A stretch of 64,000 bases of DNA from the NCBI RefSeq assembly GCF_009914755.1, contig NC_060943.1. One strand, given 5' to 3'. Position 1 is the stretch's first letter. Each line of letters starts with the position of its first letter. A model generated the notes under the pieces. That model did not search any database and was not told where the DNA came from. It saw only the letters and a list, made by a program, of their open reading frames with translations. The DNA comes from the human T2T-CHM13v2.0 reference genome, Homo sapiens. This document shows positions 1-24,985 of this stretch, one piece after another. The position numbers and the translations under genes are program-made.

Positions 1-59
1 CTCGGCCTTTCAAAGTGCTGGGATTACAGGTGTGATATATATGATATATATGTGTCCTC

Positions 60-274
60 ATGGACACAGAGAGGGAACTTCACACACCAGGGCCTGTCAG
101 GGGGTTGGGTAGGGGGGTAGGGGAGGGATAACATTAGGAGAAATACCTAATGTAGACGACGGGTTGATGGGTGCAGCAAATTGCCATGGCACTTGTATAC
201 CTATGTAACAAACCTGCACGTTCTGCACATGTATCCCAGAACTTACAGTATAATAATAATAATAATAATAAAAA
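60..274 (+). mobile_element. L1PA-type LINE-1 3' end with (AAT)n/A tail
   Basis: Typical L1PA 3'UTR (ggagaaatacctaatgtag...cctatgtaacaaacctgcacgttctgcacatgtatcccagaactta) followed by an A-rich tail. Confidence 0.85.
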
Positions 275-489
275 GAGTGGTCTCTGGGCTATAAGTTCCC
301 TGCAGAGGATTGCATCATCTATTTTGTCACTGCCCCCACCCTAATGTTTGTAGGCTCATATATTATGCCAGTTAATATGCAAAGACTTAGGGATTCAGTA
401 CTGAATAAAAATGAGAATGGCCATGGCCTCATATTGCTTATGAGACTGCCAAAACCGAACGTGGTGTACATAATTACCCAGATGTATGG

Positions 490-1010
490 TGACTTCTTAA
501 AAAATGAAGCATAGCCTTGCCATGTAATCTTGCCATTTTACTTCTGTGTATATATCCAGGGGAAGTCAAAGCAAATACTTGAGCAGATATTTATACCTCC
601 ATGTGCACAGCAGCATTACTTACAACAAACAAAAAGAATAAACCACCCAATGTTCATAGATGGATGAGTGGAGACATAAACTGTAGTGTAGACATACAGT
701 AGAGTATGTATGTCTTACAAGGAATGAAATCATGATTGCCACATTCTACAACACGGGTGAAACTTGAAGATGTTATGCAGACTGAAATCAGGCAATCACA
801 AAAAGACAAGTATTGTATGATTCTATTTATATGAAGTGCATAGAATAGGCAAACCCATAGAGACAGAAAGTAGAATATTGGCTTCCAGGGGCTGGGGTTG
901 GGGGAGAGAAAATGGGAATTGGTATTTAATGCATACAGATTTTCAGTTTAGGATCATGAAAAAGATCTGGAGATGGATGGGGATGATGGTTGCGCAACGG
1001 TGTGGATGTA
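490..1010 (+). mobile_element. old, degraded L1M LINE-1 3' fragment
   Basis: L1 ORF2-end/3'UTR-like motifs (cacagcagcattact..., gacaagtattgtatgattctatttatatgaagt, aggcaaacccatagagacagaaagtaga). Confidence 0.6.
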
Positions 1011-1039
1011 CTTCAGCAAGGTGCTGTGGCTCACGCCTG

Positions 1040-1270
1040 TGTGTCTGCGTGCTAGGGTCTCGGGGGTTTTATAGGCACAGGATGGGGGCGTGGCAGGCCA
1101 GGGTGGTCTTGGGAAATGCAACATTTGGGCAGGAAGTGCCCGTCCTCACCTAGGTCTGTGAGGGTGGAGCCCTAGCCAGGGACCACGCCCTCCTCTGCCC
1201 AGCACTTCCCTTCCCTCTTCTGTATTATTTAAAGGGACTACACCCTTCCCTTCCCAGCACTTCTTTATCA
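1040..1270 (-). mobile_element. ERV1-class LTR fragment (LTR1-family-like)
   Basis: Minus strand starts TGATA...AAGTGCTGGGAAGGGAAGGG...GTCCCTTTAAAT and contains CCTATAAAAACCCC; family name recalled, not searched. Confidence 0.55.
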
Positions 1271-1846
1271 CCACTTAGAAAGGCCATTATCAAAAAGACA
1301 AAAAATAACAAGTGGTGGCTAGGATGCAGAGAAAAGGGGACTCTTGTGCACTGTTGAAGGCAACAAGAAGGAGTGTGGTCATTACAGGAAACAGTACATA
1401 GGTTCCTCATAAAACTAAAAAGAGAACCACCCTATGACCCAGCCAGCCCAGTTCTGGGTATAGATCGAAAGGAAAGGCAATCAGTATATTGAAAGGATAG
1501 CTTCACCCTGGTGTTTACTGCAGCACTATTCACAATAACCAAGATTTGGAAGCAACCTAAGTGTTTATGTACAGATGAATGGATAAGGAAAATGTGGTAC
1601 ATTTACACAATGGAATATTACCCAGTCGTTAAAAAGAATGAAATCCTGTCATTTGTGGCAACACGGATGAGCCTGGAGGAAATAAGTGAGATAAGCCAGG
1701 CATAGAAAGACAAAGGTAGCGTGTTCTTACTCATGTGTGGGAGTTAAAACAGTTGATCTCAGAAGCAGAGAGCAGAGTCGTGGTAACTAGAGGCTGGGAA
1801 GGGTGGGAAGAGGGGAGAGGGAAATGCTGGTTAAAGGATACAGAAT
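1271..1846 (+). mobile_element. L1MA-type LINE-1 ORF2 C-terminus/3'UTR
   Basis: ORF 1511-1705 (FTAALFTITKIWKQPKC...DEWIRKMWYIYTMEYY) matches the L1 ORF2p C-terminus. Confidence 0.8.
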
Positions 1847-2530
1847 TACAGCTAGATGGAGGAAATAATAAGTTCTGGTATCCTACAGCACTGTAGGGTG
1901 ACTATAGTTAACAATAGTTTACTGTACAGCTAGATGGAGGAAATAAGTTCTGGTATCCTATAGCACTGTAGGGTGACTATAGTTAACAATAGTTTACTGT
2001 ACAGCTAGATGGAGGAAATAATAAGTTCTGGTATCCTACAGCACCGTAGGGTGACTATAGTTAACAATAGTTTACTGTACAGCTAGATGGAGGAAATAAG
2101 TTCTGGCATCCTATAGCACTGTAGGGTGACTATAGTTAACAATAGTTTACTGTACAGCTAGATGGAGGAAATAAGTTCTGGTACCCTACAGCACTGTAGG
2201 GTGACTATAGTTAACAATAGTTTACTGTACAGCTAGATGGAGGAAATAAGTTCTGGTATCCTACAGCACTGTAGGGTGACTATAGTTAACAATAGTTTAC
2301 TGTACAGCTAGATGGAGGAAATAAGTTCTGGTATCCTATAGCACTGTAGGGTGACTATAGTTAACAATAGTTTACTGTACAGCTAGATGGAGGAAATAAT
2401 AAGTTCTGGTATCCTACAGCACTGTAGGGTGACTATAGTTAACAATAGTTTACTGTACAGCTAGATGGAGGAAATAAGTTCTGGTATCCTACAGCACTGT
2501 AGGGTGACTATAGTTAACAATAGTTTACTG
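1847..2530. repeat. minisatellite, 9 x 75-78 bp, derived from L1 3'UTR
   Basis: Unit tacagctagatggaggaaat(aat)aagttctggtatcctacagcactgtagggtgactatagttaacaatagtttactg repeated 9 times head-to-tail. Confidence 0.95.
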
Positions 2531-2539
2531 TATATTTTC

Positions 2540-3452
2540 TTTTTTAGATGTTTTTATTATACTTTAAGTTCTAGCGTATCCTAGAAGCTTTATTCAGTAC
2601 TGAATCCCAAAGTCTTTGCATATTAACTGGCATAATATATGAGCCTACAAACATTAGGGTGGGGGACAGTGAAAAAATAAATGATGCAACCCTCTGCAGG
2701 GAACTTATAGCCCAGAGACCACTCTTTTTTTATTATTATTATACTTTACGTTCTGGGGTACACGTGCAGAACGTGCAGGCTTGTTACATAGGTATACATG
2801 TGCCATGTTGGCTTGCTGCACCCATCGACTCGTCATTTACATTAGGTATTTCTCCTAATGCTATCCCTCCCCCAGCCCCCCAGCCCCAGACAGTCCCCAG
2901 TGAGTGATGTTCCCCGCCCTGTGTCCAGGTGTTCTCATTGTTCAATTCCCACCTATGAGTGAGAACATGCGGTGTTTGGTTTTCTGTCCTTGTGATAGTG
3001 TACTGAGAATGATGGTTTCCAGCTTCATCCATGTCCCTGCAAGGGACATAAACTCATCCTTTTTTATAGCTGCATAGTATTCCATGGTGTATATGTGCCA
3101 CATTTTCTTAATCCAGTCTATCATTGATGGACATTTGGGTTGGTTCCAAGTCTTTGCTATTGTGAATAGTGCCACAGTAAACATACGTGTGCATGTATCT
3201 TTATAATAGCATGATATATAATTCTTTGGGTATATACCCAGTAATGGGATTACTGGGTCAAATGGTATTTCTAGTCCTAGATCCTTGAGGAATCGCCACA
3301 CTGTCTTCCATAATGGTTGAACTAATTTACACTCCCACCAACAGTGTAAAAGATTTCCTGTTTCTCCACATCTTCTCCAGCATCTGTTGTTTCCTGACTT
3401 TTTAATGATTGCCATTCTAACTGGTGTGAGATGGTATCTCATAGTGGTTTTG
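2540..3452 (-). mobile_element. 5'-truncated L1PA insertion carrying extra 3' flank, with candidate target-site duplication
   Basis: Minus-strand ORF 2942-3472 is the L1 ORF2p C-terminus ([15 protein letters not shown]...[12 protein letters not shown]); candidate TSD agtttactgtatattttc (2522-2539) / agtttattgtatgttttc (3453-3470). Confidence 0.85.
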
Positions 3453-3544
3453 AGTTTATTGTATGTTTTCAAAGAGCTAGAACTCCTGGGCTCAAGTGAT
3501 CCACCTGCCTTGGCCTCCCAGAGTGCTGGGATTAAGTGCGTCTT

Positions 3545-3745
3545 TATTATAACTTATAATTGACACATAATAATTGTATATATTTGTAGGGTATAGAGTT
3601 GATATTTCAACACATATATATAATGTGTAATGGTTAAATAAGAGTAATGAACATATCCGCCATTTCAAACATTTATCGTTTCTTTGTGTTGAAAACATTC
3701 AAAATCCTCTCTTCTAGCTATCTGAAAATATACAATAAACTCTTA
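3545..3745 (-). mobile_element. L1MA 3' terminal fragment, inverted
   Basis: Reverse complement reads ...ttattgtatattttcagatagctagaagagagg...acaaagaaacgataaatgtttg...aattattatgtgtcaatt. Confidence 0.7.
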
Positions 3746-4859
3746 ATGAGTCAATAGGTTGTCGTTGGTGGCACTTCTTGTGGTTATAGGGATTACTCTT
3801 TGCTGTCCGTGTTTGTTGAATGGTTCATTTCTTACACACCTAATTATCCATGGAAGGTAGTTCTTAGTGCTCTCCTGGGGGTCAGACTGAAAAAGAGGGG
3901 ATTGTTCCAGCTATCCCTGCTGCATGATCTCAACTCCTCCAAACATATCATCTGCTTAGGGTTTTGCCCAGCACAGGAGGGTCTAGTGTGAACCTCACAC
4001 TCACACGTGGGACAGACACCCATATCTGACAATGTCGCGGTGAATCTGTTTCACACAAACAAGGGAGATGATTCAGTGTGGACCACGGGCCCATGTCAAT
4101 GAGCAGAGATATTTCCAGCGCCTGTCCACACACACAGGGGAGGAGGAACCACAGCTTCCAGCCTCACCCAAAGCCCTGACTCCTCCCTGCCTGTGAGGAC
4201 CTGGGGTTCCTCTTCTGTCCCACACACAGAGGTGGAAATCTCCCCCACTAATGAGCCCTGGGTGGTCCCAGGCACCAGTGGTCCCTCAGCTCTGGTCTAT
4301 GATCTGTCTTACGGCACCCTGTCTATTTCAGGAATTTGTTATTTAACTTTTTCTACATTAAGACCATGACTACAGGATTCAGAAATATCGTAACTAGGTT
4401 TCTCAGTGTTCAAAGTTGACGTCGGCTCTTCATGGGGGCATCAATCATCGTCCTCCACTGTGGAGCCCAACATCAGGATCCTCTCCCATCCCCACCCTCC
4501 TGTCTTAACTGGTCTAGAAATTAACCATGGCTGAGCCCCTCCCATGTCCTGGGCACCACTGACCCCCATAGCCACTGTGATGAGTGGGGATCATGACAAC
4601 AGGCTCCAAACGTGGAAATTGAGGCTCAGGGATGGGATATTACTTCCCAAGGTCACACAGGCAGGGGATGATAATCAGGAATTAAATAAAAGTCACCTCC
4701 CAACCCAATGTCCGAAATCAGAGCTCAAACCTAACGTAATTGCTCCAAAAACCTTAAACGTGGATTAAGGCACAGAGGAAGGCCCAGGAAGTGAGGGGCA
4801 CTGAGAAGGCAGGAATGACTTAGAGGTTTGTTCTCAGGGGTGGGGGGTGGATGCTGCTG

Positions 4860-5030
4860 CAAAAAGAAAGGAAGGAAAGACAGAGGGAAGGAAGGAGGGA
4901 GAGAGGGAGGGAGGAAGAGGACGGAAGGAAGGAAGGAAAAAAATAGGAAGTTTGGTAGAAAGGAAGAGACTGTTCTTGAAGGGACAAGAAAGGGACTGTT
5001 TGGCAGAAAGGAAACACACACTCCAGGGAC
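4860..5030 (+). repeat. GGAA/GA-rich polypurine tract in LILRP1 upstream region
   Basis: (GGAA)n-like purine run just upstream of the LILR-type 5'UTR exon. Confidence 0.8.
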
Positions 5031-5074
5031 AGAAAAACATATGTTTTATTCTCTTTATTCCCTGCATCTCTCTT

Positions 5075-10127
<5,053 letters not shown>

Positions 10128-11004
10128 ACAGCAGAGAGGATAATGTACTTTATAGAGTCGTGAAGCCTCAGGAACAGATCTGATGATCCCAGGAGGTTCT
10201 GGAAGAAAATCTAGGGCCGATGCTATCTGGACTGTCTGCTGGTCATTTCCAGAGGAAGGAATCAATGTCCGAGTGCAGGGACATTTTCTGGGGTGATCCA
10301 TGGAGAACCATTAAAATGTGATACCTTTCCTCTCCATTAATGTTGACTTTCCTTGGTTGGATCTGCCTCTTTTCCCACACTTAGACATGAGGCTCCATCC
10401 CACATGGCAGCGTTGGGTCCACACCTCTGCACACCTGCATGCTCTGGTCCATGGCGTGTCACACAGTCCTCTTCATTTCTCATTGCCACACTTCCTGGTG
10501 TACTTTACTGGGTCTTCATGTCTTCAGTTCAGAGTTCCGCACCTGGTTTAGGAACTAATTCAACGGGAGAAGATCAGAGTCCGACCAGGAAAAGATAAAT
10601 GCACCGTGATGCCCTCACCTCCTGTGTGGACCCTATGAGCTCTTCCCTCCTTATCAGATGCTATCTGTGTAGTTTCTCCTGAAATATCACCACCTGGAAT
10701 CAACACACTGGCATTTGAAGTCACGACCCAATGGTATGCTAATTCTGAAAAAGACATTTTTTGAAATGCTATGATTAGTGGCATTTACCAATTTCCTTGA
10801 CGTAAATTCTTTTTTCATGGCCATAATCAAGATGCCAACGAGACATCCCTGAATGCAGGGTTGGGAAGCGTTGGACAGACTTGTCTTCACTCATAAGCAC
10901 CAGGCATCTGATAGCTCACGTATACATCTTATTACCTTCCATTTTAGAGTGAATAATCATTTCTACTTCAGTATTTTGGCACAGGTAAAAGCAGTCCCAT
11001 TACT

Positions 11005-11545
11005 GCGCGTATACCCAAAGGAATATAAATCATTCTATTGCAAAGATACATGCACACATGTGTTCATCGCAGCACTATTCACAATAGCAAAGACATAGAA
11101 TCAACCCAAATGCCCATCAATGATAGACTGGATAAAGAAAATGTGAGACATATACACCACGGAATACTATGAAGCCATAAAAAGAAACAAGATCATGTCC
11201 TTTGCAGGGACATGGATGGAGCTGGAAACCATTATCCTCAGGAAACTAACACAGGAACAGGAAATCAAACGCTGCATGTTCTCACTTACAAGTGGGTGCT
11301 GAACAATGAGAATGCGTGAACACAGGGAGGGGAACAACACACACTGGGGCCTGTCGGGGGGGGGGTGGGGTAGGGGTAGGGAGAGCATTAGGAAAAATAG
11401 CTAATGTATGCTGGGCTTAATACCTAGGTGATGGGTTGACAGGTGCAGGAAACCACCATGGCGCACATTGACCTATGCAATAAGCCCACACATTCTGCAC
11501 ATGTACCCCGGAACTTAAAATAAAAATAAAAATTAAAATTAAATT
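11005..11545 (+). mobile_element. L1PA 3' fragment
   Basis: ...YPKEYKSFYCKDTCTHVFIAALFTIAKT plus L1 3'UTR and A-rich tail. Confidence 0.85.
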
Positions 11546-11637
11546 ATGACACCATGATCCTAGCATATCCAAAAAAGACAAAAATGCCAATATCAAATGT
11601 CGGAGAAAATAGGGCTGAATTAAAAATCCAATACAAC

Positions 11638-11954
<317 letters not shown>

Positions 11955-12879
11955 TCAGGCAGCAAAAGCAAAAATAGGCAAATGAGATCATAGCAAACTG
12001 CAAACCTTCTGCACAATCAAGGAAACAAACAGCAGAGTGAAGAGACCACCTACAGAATGGGAAAGAATATTTGCAAGCAAGAGATTAATCTCCAGAAAAT
12101 ACAAGGAGCTCAAACAATGCAGAGGTTTTGAAGGATGGTGATGAGAAGGTTCTGCTACTTACAGAAAGGAAGTTTAGGAGAAACAAAACCACAAACCTAG
12201 GTGGTGGGATGGCTTGATCTGCTTCTGTCTGTGACTCACTTAACAGTCTTAAACACATCTCCCTAAGCCTCCTTCCCCCGGTGGGATTCCTGGGTCTTGT
12301 GAGGACCTCATCGGTCCCTCTGGTAAACCCAGGCACAGAGTGGAGCAGCTCTTGTTTTCTCAGGATCTTCCCCTTCACATACAATTAACGCACCCACACG
12401 ATGCTACTCTTAGAACCCTTCAAATAAATGTTTCCCGGTTCATTCACTACCAGAATCCAAGCTCAGCTTGTTCCCCAGCTTAGGACTGAGTGGTATCTTG
12501 GAGGTAGTTTCCACCATAGCCCCCTTCCTCTGCTATAAGGCTCAGTGACACACCAGAGACACCCCCTCCAGCCAGGCTCCTGGAAGGTCTGGATGAAGAC
12601 TGGGATGCTGAGGCATTGCTCAGCAATGTGGCTTAACTCAAACTTCTATGTGAAACTTCCAACCACTTTCAGCAAGGGGTCACTTCCAGCGTCTTGGGGT
12701 GTGAGGGCACCTTGGTTGGTCCCTGCAATATCAGACCCTATAAAGATCCTACAAACATGTTGCAGACTCTTTGAAGATTCTGGCACTTTCAGACATGCTG
12801 TTGGGAAATGGTGACACCCATAACCTTCTAGTTCCAGGACAGGGAGCCTTAGCCCAGGGCTATGTTTTCTGAGGGTCCT

Positions 12880-14991
12880 CAAAGTAAACAGTTCTATGTG
12901 CCAGGAGAACCCTAAATCTCATATGGTTCTAAGGGCAGAAAGCCACACACGCACCGGCAAAAAGCAAGAGATTCAAGGAAAAGCTGAGCAAAGACAGACA
13001 GGAAAACACACACATGATGAGCCAGCTTGTAGAGCTAGAACTGAGATGGAGAGAGGCACGAGTGGGTAACAGAGTGTGCTCCCCAGAACAGGTGGAGAGA
13101 ATGCCTTTTTCATGCCCTGAGGATAGGCTGGGTAAGGCTTGTGCTCGACAGTCAAGGACTATTTTTTTCCCCAGGCGTCTACAAGAGACCTTCCTTCTCA
13201 GCTCAACTGTGCCCTGCAGTAAGTAATGATGGAGAGAATGTGACTTTGCTCTGCAGCTCTGGAAGCTCATTTGACCTGTGCCTTCTAACGAGGAAGGTAA
13301 GGCCCCTGGACACTGGCTCACTGGGGTGCAGAGACAGAGTGGGGCATTCAGGCCAACTTCTCTCTGGGTCTTGGGGCTGGTGATGGGACCTCTAGATGCT
13401 GCAGCTCTCTGTCGATGGCTCTGCCTGTGAGTGATCAGCCCTAGATGACCACTGTTACTGGGGGTAGCCCATGCCTGCTGCATGCCCTGTGAAACACTAA
13501 ATCATATAGCCACGTCTGAGGGACAGCCTGCTGGAGACATGGGAATCTTAGGGATTCCAGACAAAATGAAGCAATGAGAAACACAAAGAGGAAAAGAGAG
13601 GTTGAGTATGACAGTGGTGTCAGGGTGTAGGGTGGTAGACAGGGCAGCTCCACACTCTCCACTGCTTCCTGTCTGGAGGCCCACTTTGGGGTCCTACTTA
13701 TCCAGGTGAGTGAAGGAAGAGGTCAGGACAAACACAGGAGGTGAAGCCAGATACAGTGTGGGGAGATAAGCAGTGGCCTCAGCCTCTAGCCCTTTTCCAT
13801 CTTCCAGAAGCCCCTCCTGAGCTCTCATCACAGACAGATTTCCCATTTGGAAACCCAGATATTTATCATGCCGGGGGGGGGAGGCAATGTCTCTTGATTA
13901 TGGGGACTTTCCATCACCAGGCACCTGCTAGTCCTCTCTATACCTTCCCTTCAGGAAAGGAATTGTCCCTCATGGGATTCCAGGGAAGAGACCCCAGGAC
14001 CCCTATCAGTCACTAGGGAGATGACAGAGTAGAGGAAGTCAGGGGACCAACCCTCCACAGAGAATGGTCCTACTTCAGTGGGGTGAGGGAAACTCTCACT
14101 CATCCATTTGCTGTCCTGTTACCTCGGAACCCTAAGAGAACTTGTTAGTCACACACAGAATCTACCCCTGAATGTGGTGTGCAAAGTGGGGCTCTTAGCC
14201 TCCAGTGTGAAGTCCCTGGGAAGATGGAATGTCCCTGTGTGAGTGAAGGCTGTGCCACCGCCCAGCTATGTGGCCTTGGGCTAGGCAACCCCTCCCAGGT
14301 CCCCAGTTCCCCATCTGCATCGGAGACTGTGGCCAGTGCGGGAATCCACAAGGCCCTTCAGCCTCCAAAGCTCTGGGACAGAGGCCTCGTCCACAGGGAG
14401 GAAGGGGTCAGAGTGACCTGAGTCCCTACTCAGGAGCGAGTCTAATCCACTCTCCATCGGGGCCTGTGGGGAAGGGAAGATGAAGAAACGGAGCCTGCAC
14501 CTGGCTATGTGGGCGCAGTAGATTAAGGGGAGGATGAGGGTTCCTGAGAGTGTGTCATGTGGCAGAGACCCTGCAGCACACTCAGGAAGGGCTCTGGAAG
14601 GATCCAAGGAAATTTTCCAAGAAGAGGGCAGAGTAAGTGACAGAGACCCTCAACCATGGATTTCACTGAGGTGCCCATGATGACATAGGGAGAACGGGGG
14701 TGTCTGGGCAGGAAGAATATCGTCAGGGTGAAATGAATGGTGATGAGCTTCGTGTCAGAGCTCCTGTGGAGGGAGGGGCCTGGCCCACATGAAAAGGTCT
14801 CTGATCCTACCCCAGCCCCCAGCCCCTGTTCTCCAGGATGACACTGTGGGAATTCCATCAGGAGGGGTGTGATAGGGCTGGTCTTCCTGGCTCGATTCAC
14901 AACACTGGCTGGGGACTGGGAACCCATGGGGAGCCACAGGTGGAAAGGGAGGAGCCTCAGTGAACCCAGCAGGAACAAACATAGGGTCTGA
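12880..14991 (+). pseudogene. fossil LRC receptor fragment: KIR-like D2 exon (13175-~13463), KIR-like stem exon (14126-14176), LILRA/FCAR-type Arg-TM exon (14823-14991)
   Basis: Frameshift-corrected translations [39 protein letters not shown]; GNPKRTC*SHTESTPECG (51 nt); APVLQDDTVGNSIRRGVIGLVFLA..GDW. Flanking introns resemble KIR introns 4 and 5 in this window. Confidence 0.75.
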
Positions 14992-14996
14992 CATGA

Positions 14997-16732
<1,736 letters not shown>

Positions 16733-17278
16733 AGCTTTCTCATTCTTATCCCTTAGTTCTCTGCCAGGGAATAAGATAGAAACCATTCCCTCAACCACAT
16801 TCTAGTCATGGTCCCTATTCTCATGTTTCCACTTCTCTCTCTTTGGTAATAAATCAATTAATTGAGAAACAAGTAGCTAAATGTTCATCTTCTGCTAGTC
16901 TGCATCCCCTTATTTTCCCAGAGCCTCCCCTAATGAAACTGACTTTATTTACTGAACGCAGGAAATGGGTCTCTCCAGATCAGGATGACTTTCTGCTGGG
17001 AAATATTTGTCTTTGCATCAGTGGGGAAAAAGAAAGCCGATGTCATGAGTGGAGGCTCTGAGAAAATAAGGGCTGTGTTTTCAGTTTAGACCCAGCTAAG
17101 TTGGGAGCTGACATAGATATGATGTTGGGTCCACCCTCCACGGGCAGGTTTTCAGACAAAGGATCCCTGGCAATCAGGGGACACCTCAGGTCTGGGCTGA
17201 GATGTGTGCAGAGGGCCTGGGTCCTCCTGAGCCCCTGCACTGGGGGGGGAATAAGAGACAGGCCCAGCAAGGGGCTGT

Positions 17279-17296
17279 CCACTTCCTGTGGGTTCA
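17279..17296 (+). promoter_or_regulatory. candidate PU.1/ETS motif upstream of LILRP2
   Basis: cacttcctgtggg (GGAAGTG on the minus strand) about 135 bp upstream of the ATG; motif match only. Confidence 0.35.
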
Positions 17297-17416
17297 CAGC
17301 TGTGGGGACCCAGGCAGGCGGCAGCAGGCTCTGACTTAACCACATCCGTGCATCTGTCTGTCATGGAGGGCCATGTGGTCACCTGTCCCACAGCTGGAGC
17401 ACGCAGAGCAGGCATC

Positions 17417-22174
<4,758 letters not shown>

Positions 22175-22609
22175 ATACATGAGAGAACAATGCACCCTTC
22201 AGAGTGCCAGAGCCTTGGCAATGAGTCTGATAGTCCTAGGAGGTTCTGGAAGAAAGTCTGGACCATCATTCGGGAAACCGTCTACTGAGAAAGTCGAGAA
22301 GGGGAGGCTTGGGTCAGGTTCAGGGAGATGTCTGGGTGCCTGTAGAGAACGCTTCCTCCATTAAACTTCCATTAAATGGCAGTGCTTTCAGTCCTGCTGT
22401 TGTGGATCCTCCGTGTCTGCCCCTCCCTTCCTTTCGCTCTCTGTGATGTGAAGGCACGTCCCCCATGGTGGGTTTGCATCCACACCCCTGCGATCACGTG
22501 CTCTGGTCCACTGTCCTGTAATACATTTGTCTTTGTTTCCAACTACCGCATTCTCTAAAGTGAACTATTGATTCTCCATCTTTTCAGTTCTGAGCATAGA
22601 TCTGGATTA

Positions 22610-24985
<2,376 letters not shown>

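Noticed and set aside
1847-2530. CRISPR-like array with palindromic repeats
   Set aside because: No unique spacers, the unit is L1 3'UTR-derived, the context is primate genomic DNA and there are no cas genes
12070-12880. Possible leader, D0 or D1 exons of the fossil gene
   Set aside because: No Ig motif or convincing exon recognisable by eye; a profile search would be needed
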